From NCBI GenBank assembly GCA_964106915.2, contig OZ066915.1: a stretch of DNA of 64,000 nt; one strand, 5' to 3'. The position numbers and the translations under genes are program-made. The DNA is from Podarcis gaigeae. Taxonomy: Eukaryota. Shown in pieces: positions 14,201 through 27,067 of the stretch. The first letter of the stretch is position 1. The number at the start of each line of letters is the position of its first letter. Under the pieces are notes generated by a model that ran no database searches, was not told the origin of the DNA, and saw nothing but the letters and a program-made list of their open reading frames with translations.

Positions 14201-16423
14201 AACCATCTTGCTACTCTGTAGCTGAATTTGTTTCATGAAATGCAGATTGAGAAATCTGGTTCAGACAAGTCTTCCCCACAGCACGGGTCATTATTTCATG
14301 TTTTAGTGATTGAGAATTATGCTGTGCAACTTAATGCTGCCTCACCCACCAATATCCTGATTATGATTTCAACTTTCCAACCTAATACATTATTTTATAG
14401 GTCTACACGTTTCCTTACTTACGTTGAATGCTGCATTAATGTATTCCTAGCCTACAATGATACAAAGGGTGTGCTTTGACAGAGAAATTGTGCCACAAGT
14501 ATATAGCCATGTTTTCCAGATGCCCTTACCTCTTTAAGAACAAGGACACAGTTTCCTGGTCCCACAGACTGTGGCAGTTCTGCAATTCTACCTTTGTTAA
14601 GATATGGCCCTGAGAAGCAGCGATGATTAAAGTAGATCTTTGGACAGCAGTATTTACCATTGGTTACAACTAGAAAAAATAAGAATAATAATCAGAATAC
14701 TCTGTGCAAACATGTGCTCTAAATACAGTGGAACCTTGGTTCCCGGACTGCTTAGTTGCCGAACAAATCGGCTCCGGAACTCCGCAAACCCAGAAGTGTT
14801 CTGCTTTACAAACCTTTTTCAGAAGCTGAACGTTTGATGTGGCTTCTGTTGGAGTGCAGGAAGCTCCTGCAGCCAATCAGAAGCTGCGCCTTGGTTTTCA
14901 AACGGTTTCGGGAGTCGAACGGACTCCCGGAACGGATTAAGTTCGAGAACCAAGGTACCACTGAGCTAGCATTTAGAAATATTTAAACTATAGAAATTAA
15001 ACCAATAAATACAGGGCCCCATCCAACACTGCAGCTCCTCTGGTGCAACACACTTCCATGCATGCAACTGCTCTCCCTCTCCTGTCCCCTCTGATCTCTG
15101 TGTGCCTGTAAAATCAACTCGGGGGAGGGGACTTGAGGGACCTTTTGGTGTAGATGTTTTCTGGAAGAGCCTGGGCAGAGGAGAGGGAAAGAGAAGTCCC
15201 AATGCACCAGTGGAACTACACACATAAAACTCTGGATACAATCCAGAGTTTCACATATATGCACATTTATTTTTGATAGCCTCCTGCAACTCACCCAAAG
15301 CTTGACCTGAGGGATGAGGGAACTTGCCCAAAATTCAGGGAGCTCATCTGCACAAGGGCCTTTTCGCTAGCACAAAACCCCTTTGAGTAGCAAACACAGG
15401 TTTGGATCTAAATCACTAAAAACTGGGCCAGAATCAGCTATGTCACAGTGTCACAAAGCCCAATCAAACAGAAAGCAATGGCTTGTGGCCACTGCCACTG
15501 CCTGATTTTCTGGACTCCTCCCTGCCCCAACTCTGTTCTAGTTTATCCCATTCTGCAGTGTGATTGGGGTGCCCTCAGAGGACCCCTTTGAGAAGCTGCT
15601 GGGGGAGCAGAGAGAGGGAAAGTCAACTTCTGCCATCCTGTTATGCAGACTTTTTTTGGATACAATTTATTATGTGTTAACACTGAAGCAAAGTTTATGG
15701 TTATTTGCTTTAGCATGCAAAATAAGTCAGCATCCTCCATGATGCAAGATAGTTAAAGATATCAATATACCAATAGTCATTTCATTCCAGCTATGCTTGG
15801 ACTAAGAGCCGCTTTCTCTTAAAGCCTTAATTCCAGGGGTTTATAATTGGCACATATAGAGATTGTATTGTATTGACATAACATCTCTCCATTTAAAAAC
15901 CAATTAAATCCCAGAATGAGCAGCAGCCACTTCTGCAAAGCTGACATTAGGTAGTACCTCAAACACACATTTTGCTGCATTGCAAGTCATGCCGTAAGAT
16001 TTTAGAGAGTATTAACTGATTTGTTCAGCAGCAGATGCACTTATTCAACATTCATCCATTCAACAGTTTAACAAATGATTAGATTTCACCATCTGGCACA
16101 TATGGAATTCTACTGTCAAATGGCCTTTTGTCTATAGAGTTGCCTGAGTTCCCTGCAAAGCAGAACATGGAAACTCACTGTAGAACGGATAAAAGTTCAA
16201 AGGAAAAGTAGGAAGTGTTTGTGAGGAAGAGCCTCACCCCAGCAGGATAGTTCTAGAAAGCTAAGCCCGTGCGGGAAACATGACATGTACACAACACGGC
16301 TTTTAGTCTCATTCTCCAACTACTACAGACACAAAGACACTTCTTTCTTACCGGTATCAGCGGAGTTCAGTTCCTGGCTCTTTAGTCCCTCATGGACAGT
16401 TCTTGAGGATAATATTCTGACCA

Positions 16424-16475
<52 letters not shown>

Positions 16476-19400
16476 TTATTCAGTATTTGGGCTCTTGAGC
16501 TCCTCATCCAGTTTGGGCTTTTGTTTTTGTTTCTACAGTAGAAGGGACTTGTGCCTCAAGCAAAAGTTTCATATTCATTGTCTCCCTTCACCCGCTTCTC
16601 TCCTCTTGCCCCCTCTGGAATTGCCATTCCCACATTCCCTCCTTAGTGCCCAAGCCCTATTATAATTAAATCAAAGCACACACAATTGGAAAAAATAACA
16701 TATTCTTCCCCTGCCCAGCCCTGCATCCAGTTTCCCTCTTTCTATTTTAGACTGTAAACCTCCCAGGGCAGGTCATAGCTGTTCTTTATAAAGCAGTATA
16801 CACATAGGTGGCATAACAAATGACAACTACTACAACATGGGACCCGCCAAGTGAGTTAAAGAACAGGAGTTTTTAAACTAATGTATTAACTGTGTGTAAA
16901 ATGGGTGGGGATTCTCAGGCCTTTGATCCTCAGGATTTTCTATAACCCATGACTCCTCCTAGGCACCCTCATCACAGACCCTGATGCACACGCTCTGCTG
17001 GTTGGAATGTATCCTTGAACTGGCATAGTGTCCCTTTCTTGCCCAGATAGAGAGATAAATGTGCAGAGACCTCTGATTTTTGTGTGGCTGTATAAAAATA
17101 AGAGTCACATTCATGGCCTTAAGGTTGCCCACTAGGGAATGTGGCCCCCAGGCTGCTGAAAAAGGTCCCCCAACTCTATAAAACCAACAGGGTGGCCAGA
17201 GATATAAGCACTGCTAAAGAACAGCAGCAACATGTCAGGTGAAATAATGCCAAGTGAAAAGGGAGCAATATCCCTCCCACCCTGTCCGACACATTGCATG
17301 CATGTAAGAAAAATGCACCATAAGATGGAAAGCAAAGCTGGCAATGGCTTCCAAGAACTGGAGGACAGAGAACTTGCTTAAGGGACTACCCCAAAGTGTG
17401 TTTGTGCTATAGACTCTATAGCATAACATCTATAGCATCTGCTGTGTCTATAGTATAGATCAGGTGTTGTCAACCTGGTCCCTACCGCCCACTAGTGGGT
17501 GTTTCAGGTTTCGAGGTGGGTGGTAGGGGGTTCTATGGCACAAGCTGAATCCTCCTTCCATCGAGCATTTTACCATCAAGAAAGATGCATTAGTGGGCGG
17601 TAGGTATAAAAAGGCTGACTACCCCTGGTATAGATATTAACATCTCAATCCAACTATTATATGACAGGAAGATCCACTGATGGCAGGTCACTTCCACAGA
17701 ACTGCAGTGTATCAAGCAAAGTATGGAATTATTTCTTCTGAATTAGCTGGACTTCCATCTACCTTTCTAACAGAGTTCATTTTCAGCTATTGCAATCCAA
17801 ATGCAGATTTGTGAGGCTAACCACCTACATGACTTGTGGAACATTTGGGGACCTAAAGTGAAAAAGAATTAAGTAACAACCTTTCAAGCAGCACTTATGA
17901 AAGGGACGTGAGGGTGAATTAAAAAAAGTAATACCCAAAGCTGTCCTAACTAACGGAAAAGTGCACACCTCCAATATGACCTGAGAACAGTTCAGAAAGA
18001 TGCAGTTGATTTGGAAGAAAAGTAGTTATGGTATATTCAGAGAGTATCATAGCATGACAGCCACAAACATGCGTAATATTTCCAACTACTAAGTAAGTGA
18101 GCTCTAGTTAACTGCATTCAAGCTTCTCAAAAAACAGTCCATTGCTAGCAATGTGAAATAAGTTCAATGCTTACGGTTTCTCTGGTTGGACCACTGCAAT
18201 TTTCTTTTCCTTGTTCACTGTAAGCCAAGGTGAAAGTCAATGAATAACCAGTGTATCCATTAAAAAGTTTTCCAATGATAACACACACTTTTTATTTTAT
18301 AATCTTCTGTAAGCAGAATTTCAACATTTACATAGTCAGGCTACAGATAATAGTCATGTTTCATCACCGCCTGGGGAATTGAGACCCAACTTTCTTGTGA
18401 AACATGAAGAGATGAGCAAAGAACCAATCACGGGAAAATCCCTGAACTTTCAAGTGCAAACACACAGGCTTTTCAGTTTCCTAAGCTTACAAACATGCAT
18501 TTCTCCAACTTGAAGGGTACTCTAAATCTACATGCAAGGGCTTGCACATTGCCCATCTACTGCTGCTCCAAGTATCCCCAAAAGGTTGCCTTGCTACTAA
18601 GTTCTAGTGAGTTCTAGATTCTCAAAGTATTAATTAAAAATGTCTTAAAACCTTCCACAGTCCTTCCTCTCTAGGGACTTGTTCTTGTGCTGTTTGATAG
18701 AGCTACAGAGCGATTGTTTTACCATTGTTATGTAAGAAATGCATATATACCATAGTACTCTGAAGTACAACAATCAATTCTGCAATACATTCCACTCCAT
18801 CTTGTAGTATAGTAATTGTATTAGTCATACCTACTGCCCTGCGAGGAGGTCTAAGCTGATATCCATTTGTTTCGCACCAGCCTACTGGAAATATATTCAT
18901 AGATTCCACACTCACTATGCATTCAGGGACTGGCATTTTAGAACCTGTTAAGAGACAAATGGAACACATAGCCCAAATCAATGGTTGTTGCAACTGGACT
19001 CGTAACAGAACACAACACTTGCTATAATACATATCTGTGTACCTGCACATTTGTATCAGACATAAGTAGCATGACAGGCCCTCAAAAAGGAATCTGTCAG
19101 GAAACAAGCCTTTGATTGTTGCCTATAAGGGTTTTATCATGAGTTGCAAAAAAATAAAACAAAACCATGGGCTGGAACAGCTGTTTTCAGAGCCATTTTT
19201 AGGAGTAAGACTGTGTGCTGGTAAAGATTTATAATGTTCAGATAAGGCAGTGGCATTAACATGCTACATGGGGAAGGCGAACAAAATTCAAAACATCTAC
19301 CTTTCAAAATATAACTTACTTTCCAGCTGTAGCCAGAGATAGGAATCCTTCACCTTTGTAACAGTAGCTACACAAATTTCTTCAGGATCTTGTGAGTTTA

Positions 19401-22400
19401 CTGCCTCAAGTTTCATGTTCTCCTTAAAGCCATGGTCAGAAGTCAGCTAAAAAAGAAGGAAAAAGAAGGAAAAAACACTTAGGTGGAACATGCAATTTTA
19501 AGGGCACCCAATTCATACACCAAACAGGAAAAACATTCAGAACAAATTAAACACAGACCATTGAAGGGAATCACCAGGGATTTAAATGGTAAGTTCAAAA
19601 CAATAATCAGCAAGCAGTTTCTTGTAGATTACCAAGGGAATTTCAACCTGGCACTCAAAAAAAGTATTAAAATAAGAAAAAATAATTGAATTTACAGTAG
19701 AACATGCAAGAGACTCTGCTTCAAGCCCACATCTTGTTATACTCAAGATCAAAATTAAACTGTAATAGTGGAGATAAGCATACACAAAATAAGAAGCCTA
19801 CTTCCTATACAAAGGATAAATTAATTCTCACAAAGAGCCAACAAGGTGGTAAACTTGTGTCTGGGCTGTGCCACTTCAAATTAAAGTGGGAACCTACATG
19901 GTTTACTCTTCCATGCCTTGAGGGAGGATCCAAAAGGCTGCATGAAATGTTCCATGCATGCACCAGGCTTCCCCCTCCCATCAGCGTCCCTTACCAAAAA
20001 ATTGCTCCGACAGGCTGATGACTCTCTAGAACAAAATACCACATGGCTTGAAGAGCTTGCTGTCAGAAAGCAAAATTCACTTACCCTCCCCGCCAAAGTG
20101 CTTCCCATGTGTGCAGTAAAAAAAGCAGTAAGAATCCTGGAACCTCAAAGACTAGATTTCGGGGAGAAGGATACTAGTTGAGCCATCTCCCCGATATTCT
20201 AGGGGGTGAATTCAGCCCAACTCCTAGAAACATTTCATCAGGTGAACCCTCACCTACACTTCAAACACTTCATATCCTGTTTGTGGCCTAAGATGCATAA
20301 TGCCATTGTTCGACTTCCAAGCCTTGAGATACCATCAATTCTTGCAGAATAAGTTGAATATTAAACATCTCTTTAGACTATTTTGGGACACTTTGCCCTC
20401 AAAACACCAGTACTTTAATTCTTTTTTCCACTATGTGGTGTGGTTAACAAGCTTTACAAACTAAGTAAAATATTCACCGTTGAATAAACACATTATATTG
20501 TGAACGCTTACCGAGGGAAAACAGCTTTGGGGAGCAGCCTCTGCTCCACATTGCTTGAGATAATCTGCCCAGTCAAAGTCTTGCCCAGGATAACCTATGA
20601 ATGAGCAAACAAATGACTCTTATTTATTAATGCATTTTTATCTTATCCTTGCTACAAAGAGGTCAGCGTAGTAGCCATGATCCTCTCCTCCATTTTATCC
20701 TCACAGCCACCCTCTTAGGTAAGTTAAACTGAGAGACGGCCTGCCAAAAGAGCATCATAGTTGTGTGGGATTTATGCCAGGATCTCTCTACTCCTTGTTC
20801 AACATTTGTCTATCCCATACTGGCTTAAGTAAGTTTGAGAATGATATGAGTAGTTCCTGAGGACACACAAATGCCTTCACATTCTCAAGCTAGGCTTTTC
20901 ACACTACTTGAAAAGCCTAGGCCCAGTGTCTTTCCCACACCACTTTTATAGTCATTTTAAGAAATCTTGCTGTTAAATTGTCCCAATCTCTGCAATATGC
21001 GGAATAGAAGTGTTTTCAGAGATAAAAGTATAATGCTTCCAGTTCAACTGCTCGTATGAGAGCAGGCAAATAGACTGCATAGGCTACACACCTGGTGGAG
21101 GGCTGAGATGCAAGCCATTTTTTAGACTCCATTGCACAGGGAAAATACCAGGACTGTTGACATGACAGACGTAAGACCGGCTTGTGGTATATTCTGGTCG
21201 CAAATCATCTATTTCTACCAAAAAGTATTTATCATTAAACACCTGCAAAAAGACAAAGGAATGACTTTGAAACGAAGTTCACTTTACTAACATATAAAAC
21301 TTTCTGAGTCACTGTCCTACTGCTAATAGTGGGTTGAATCAAATGTTAGTCTTATTAAGAGCAGACACACTGAAATGAATGACCATGACTAATGTTCATT
21401 AATTAATTTCAGCGGGTCAACTCTGAGGAGGACCTAGTTGGATACAATTCTTTGTTATTTATTGGCTAGGATACAGAGCCGTGTTCAATGTGCCCAAGGA
21501 CTGAGCATGCTCAATGGGGAATTAACTAGTTTTCTTTGAACAGCCCGCCCGCCCACATGAAATACTACACACGGCAGTTACAAAAGTAATCTGTCATGAG
21601 GAATGAGAGAAATACAACCCTGAAAAGCTCTTTGAGCATGCGGAACCTCATGCTTGTAAAGTACCTCAAACATGATCAGAACCTTGAAGCGTTTAAAAAG
21701 GAGGATATAGCGAAGTGGGAACATGCTCAGGACAAACATTCCACATTTATATAGGAAGAAGCAAGACAAAGAGGGCAACAGGATCACTAAAACACCAATA
21801 AAGTTTAATAAACAGAAATTAACACCCTTTTATAGAAATAGAATAAATACATAAATAAAAATGGGCTGATTAAAACAAGGAATTCCCCCTGCTCTAGCCA
21901 TATAAAGTAAAATTAAGAAGGTGGAAAAGTACACTTGATCCCATAATTCCAAGGACTCCTCCCATGACAAGGATGACTCATATGAACTGTAATTAAACAA
22001 GATGAACACAATAATGAGCTGCTGAAGTTGATTAGATTGTGGGCAGCAGAGGGACTGTGTTAAATGTGTAGTTGATTAGAAAAATGCACCTAGACAGGAA
22101 TGGGACTGTGAGAATGCCATCTGAATTTCTCAAACAGATAAGCTATTTTATGTGAAAATTCTGATGAGCCATCTTAGAAGGAGTAAGATATAGAAACGTA
22201 AAGCATGTAAGGTAAAGGGAATGCTGGGTAGGCAGAAAAAGAAAGGTTGATACTGTTGACAGAACTTATAGCTGCTCTGACAGTTTACTGCTGAGAAAAT
22301 GACAAGAATTGTGCATCTATTCCAGACATTGTCATGACACCTAGACTTGTAAGAGTTCTGAACTGAAAAGAAAGTTACTTTTACAACAAAAAAACCAAGG

Positions 22401-25400
22401 GGGATTGCCTATGGACATATTTAATTTATGGCGAGTACTGCATATGGGTCATTCATTGCAATAAATCATGAAAGAATAGAAGACCCAAAAGTGGGGACCT
22501 CATTAAGGAACTCAAGGAAACATGTCTTTATTTCCTAAGAGCACTGAGTGTACACAAAATTATATTAAAGCGAACAGGACCAGAAAGTTACCTTGCTGAT
22601 GCCAAATGGGAAGATGAAAAAATAAAGTGTGTTTAAAATGTTACATCTTGGAGCCAGAGAACTTCAGAATATAATTGGGTACCTTTGTAACTGTGGCTGG
22701 CGAGATGACGAAAGGAGCTTTGGGATCAACAGCTTCTAACTTCATGTTGACAGAGAACGAATGAATTCCAACAACAGGTTTGTCCTAAAAATGACAACAC
22801 AAAAATTTTAAATTATCATTGAGGTCCTTTGTATCATTGAAACAGAAAATTCTTCAAAGTAGAAGAGATGCCTGGTATCTTCCACTAGCACAAGAGACGA
22901 CATAACCTTATCCTTTAATATTTCAACAAGAATCACACTAGTTCATCCTGGCATTTCAAAAGTTATTTCACTTACAGGAAGCCAGCAAATGAAAGTTGGC
23001 AGCAATTGCTCTCTTACTAAAATGGACATTACATTTTTTCAGTTCAGCGAGACTGGGATTTGACATAATACTTTTCACCCAGGAATTTCTAATCTGCAGC
23101 ATAATGAAGGCATTTAGAAAACTCTCCTGGTTTGCAGAGAGGCCATTTAATGTAAAAACAAAAACCCAGTCCAGGAAACTCTTGTCACTTGAAATTGAAC
23201 AAAATGAACTAATCTCTAGCACAGAATAAAATAAGTATAATGTCACAGGCAATCAACCGTAACTTTGCTTGGTTGGGATAATCTTATTTCTGAGAGGCCT
23301 GCAATTTATGATGTTTTCGAAAATGTGGGAGGTCACTTAAGGCAAACGTAGGTTAATGGGAAAATATACCACAGAATCAGCATTAGCTCTATATACTGCC
23401 TTCTAGTCAAAGGACCAAATCATAGACTTCCTTTTCCCCTTTGACCTAGCAAACTAAGACCAACCTAGAGTGTCATCTGTACTGTGCCACCTAGAAACCA
23501 AGTTAAGACATAAAGAGCATGCAGTGGTACTACCTCTCTCCACAGTTATGGAGTGTGGTGCCTCTGAAAAACATGGCAAAGTCAAAACACCTTTAAGAAA
23601 GTGTTGCAAAACTCTTATTTGGTTTGGAGTTTTGTGTCTGTAGCTGAAGGAGTCAACACTGTACCCATTTTATTTGATTTTAATATGTCATGTATATTTC
23701 AGGTGCTCGTTTACCTCAGCCTATAAGACCCAATGTGCAATGAACTTCATGCAGCTTGCGCAACAGAAGGAACCAAAACCCAATGGAGCCTCCTGATGGA
23801 GGAAAGGTGGTGATTTTCACTGATTCCCACTTCCCTTGCCTCCTCCCATACTATTCCAAAAGGGGCCCCAACCCATAGCTGTCAACATTTCCCTTTTTTA
23901 AAGCAAAATTCCCTTTTTTCCGAATAGGATTCCTCGCAAGAAAAGGGAAAAGTTGACAGCTATGCCCCAACCACCCAGAACAGCTTCTCAGCGGGCGCAC
24001 AACAAATGACTCTGAAAATCACTATCCTTCCCTGCTTTCCTCCAGCAGGAGTGTTTTGTGGGTGGAGTTCAACTGATGTGAACTCTGCATCTAGGTCTTT
24101 ATATTTAACCATACCATTTGTTAAAAGCACTCAGGCCGGGTGTAGTGATCCGATAGCAAATTCCAGCGCTTGTACCTTAAATAGATCAGTGGGAACCAAA
24201 GATTCTTCTTCCTCCTCTTTTATTTTTTCTAGGATATCCTGCCATTCTGCTTCAGTCTTCAAATGCCTAACAGCTTCAATAAAAGAATGGTAGTCTGAGT
24301 TAAAGTGCCACACTTTTAAAAAATGAGTCCATTACACTACACGACTAAGTTAACGATCTGAAAATCAACTCAAAAGTTTCCCCTCCCCCATTGAACCCTA
24401 CTATGAGCCCTACATTGAATGGTTTTTAAATTGCCCGCAATGCATGCTTGCATTTTCCACTGAGACTTCCTTTTAATAGTTCTTATGCAAAATCTTTTAA
24501 TTGCTTTTTTACATAAGCAGTTTGGAGATGGAGTTGGAGGGGAGGGTAAATTGCTGATAAGGAATCCTTAAACTTATCTCCAGTGCACTATTTATGTGTG
24601 CCCTTGGATTACGGGCCTAAAAGTGCATCTCCATACCCAGAGTGTGAGCAGAACAGAGCAGAGCACAGCATGTGTACTGCTCCAAGTTTACTCACAGACA
24701 ACAAAAGAACTACCAGACTCTATGTATCTAGAGCAATTTGCCTGTTTTCATGGCAATTGTGTCTGCAGCTCAGATAAACTTTAAGAAGAAAATGCAAAGC
24801 CTCCAGGTTTGGAACAGTCCCATGCTATTCATGTGATGTCGGCAAAGACACAGTATGATTTCTGACTAGACTGAAAGTTCCTTAAATTGAGACCACAGAA
24901 TACTGTTCGAGGCTAATGAAAACAAGCCCAAGGGAAGACAAAGACAAATTCATGTATGCATGCATTCTCTTTTTCCTGTCCCTGCTATTTTTCCTTATTG
25001 TATAGCTCTGTGTAGCATAGCATACTAGCAAATGTCAAATCCCAGAGATTCTCTGTTTGGTCTTGTCAATATACCCCAAACAAGAGACAGGGGTACAATA
25101 TAGGGAAATTTACGTGTTTTTCTATTCTTTTAAAATAGCTGCTCTGAGCAGATGACTCTTGTCGGCAATTCCAAAAGCAAGTACAAGTGTGTGTGTGTGT
25201 GTGTGCACGCCTCAGTTTTTGAGCGTCTTGGAGGCCGAATGTTTTGGTTTTCGAACACCGAAAATCTGGAAGTAAATGCTTCCGTTTCTGAATGCACCTC
25301 AGAAGTTGAACTTCTGAGGCGGCTTCCTGTTTGAGTTTTCCATACTTTTGAAGCTTCTGTATTGAGTTTCCAGTTTTCAAACGGTCTTCCAGAATGGATT

Positions 25401-25421
25401 CCATTCGAAAACCGAGGAACC

Positions 25422-25456
<35 letters not shown>

Positions 25457-27024
25457 ACACCAAAAGCTTTTCTTCTTCAGACCTTGCACTCCAAATTGAA
25501 AATGCAGTTTTATACCTAGTGGAGGTTCAAGGGTGTATCCTTGTTGAGTTGCCCAGCCCACTGGATGGAGAAAGGGATCCAAATAGAACATCCATAAGTC
25601 ATACTGATCTAAATCTCCGAGTCCTTCATAACGTAGTTTGAGCCTTCCACCAACATTTTCCAAAACATTGACTATCCAAGCTCCTAGAGAATCATTCAAG
25701 TGCTGACATTCTAGTCTTGAACCGGGAGCAATGAGATCCAAGGGATTATTCCCTCGATGGAGCTGTGGAGGAAAGTGGAAAAAGGAAGATAAATGGTAAG
25801 CTGTCCAATCACCTGCCTTGAAAAGCTATCAAGACAAAATATCCATCTTCATTGCTTATGCTGAGTTATACACAGACATCAACTATGAATACTGTTGGGT
25901 CAGCTAACGAGTTTTCAGGAATTCTGGCAAGATGTGGAAATGTAGTCCTATTTCCTATTCACGGCACTGCAGCTTCCACTTAAAAGCTTGATAGGCACAC
26001 AGTTAAGATCATGGTAATTTGTAATTCATATAGGGAGCAGGAACCAGCATTTGTCTTCATGCTTTCTTAACAAGCAATTTCAAAAACAATTTGGGGCTGG
26101 AAAAAATGACCTACTGTTTTCTTTAAAAATGCTTACGCATCTTTATAAGGGAAAGATTAGCAAATACTATTGGTTGCACTTGTTTTAGGAAGGACACCTC
26201 TGCCATATTGACTCTATAAATATATTGTTATGCACTCTATCCATACAGTCAGATCTACTTTCTCAGCCTTCTGTCTTTGTGATGCTAGTGCCTATGACAC
26301 AGGTGTACTCTCTGCCAGGTTTGTGATTACTGTGGAAGGACAAGGAATCTGCCATTTCCTACCATCCTTCCCATTAAGACCTTGAAATCATGTCGGTGGT
26401 TATTGGTAGAATGGTTGGTTATCAACCTTCTCTTTAAGCATGTACCCTTTTGAACTGGAACTCATTGGTGTTTCACCAGTTTCCTCTCTTCCAGGGGGTA
26501 GCTGAGTGTCTTGTGTTTTAAACTAATTATTATGTTTTAATACTTGTATTATTTCACTAGATACCACTGCTAGGCTGTTTTGCTGAAAGATTAGCTTTCC
26601 AAAACAGCAAAAAAAGTATAAGAAAACCTAGCAATGGAATCTGAATTCACTAATTAGCCCACATAATCACAAATAAATAAATGAATTAATAATAATAATA
26701 ATAATAATAATAGTAATAATATTAGGTTAGGCTGGCCTCAACTAGAGCCAGGGCCTTCTCGGCTGCGGCTCCAATCTGGTGGAACACTCTGTCACAAGAG
26801 ACTAGGGCCCTGCGGGAGTTGTTCCACCAGGCCTTTGGTCAGGGTGCAGCCTGACTCCCTCCTCTGGCAACCTGCTTAGAATCTTGCTTAATTAGTTGCC
26901 ATTAATTTGATTTTAATTGATTTTTATAATGAAATATTTTTAGAATGTGTGAATATCTGATTGTTTGATTGTTGTTAGCCGCCCTGAGCCCGGCTTCGGC
27001 TGGGGAGGGCGGGATATAAATAAA

Positions 27025-27067
<43 letters not shown>

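Noticed and set aside
19447-20511. Possible intronic miRNA cluster like the one in rodent Sfmbt2 intron 10
   Set aside because: This gene is SFMBT1, intron 10 is only ~1 kb, and it has no tandem hairpin array.
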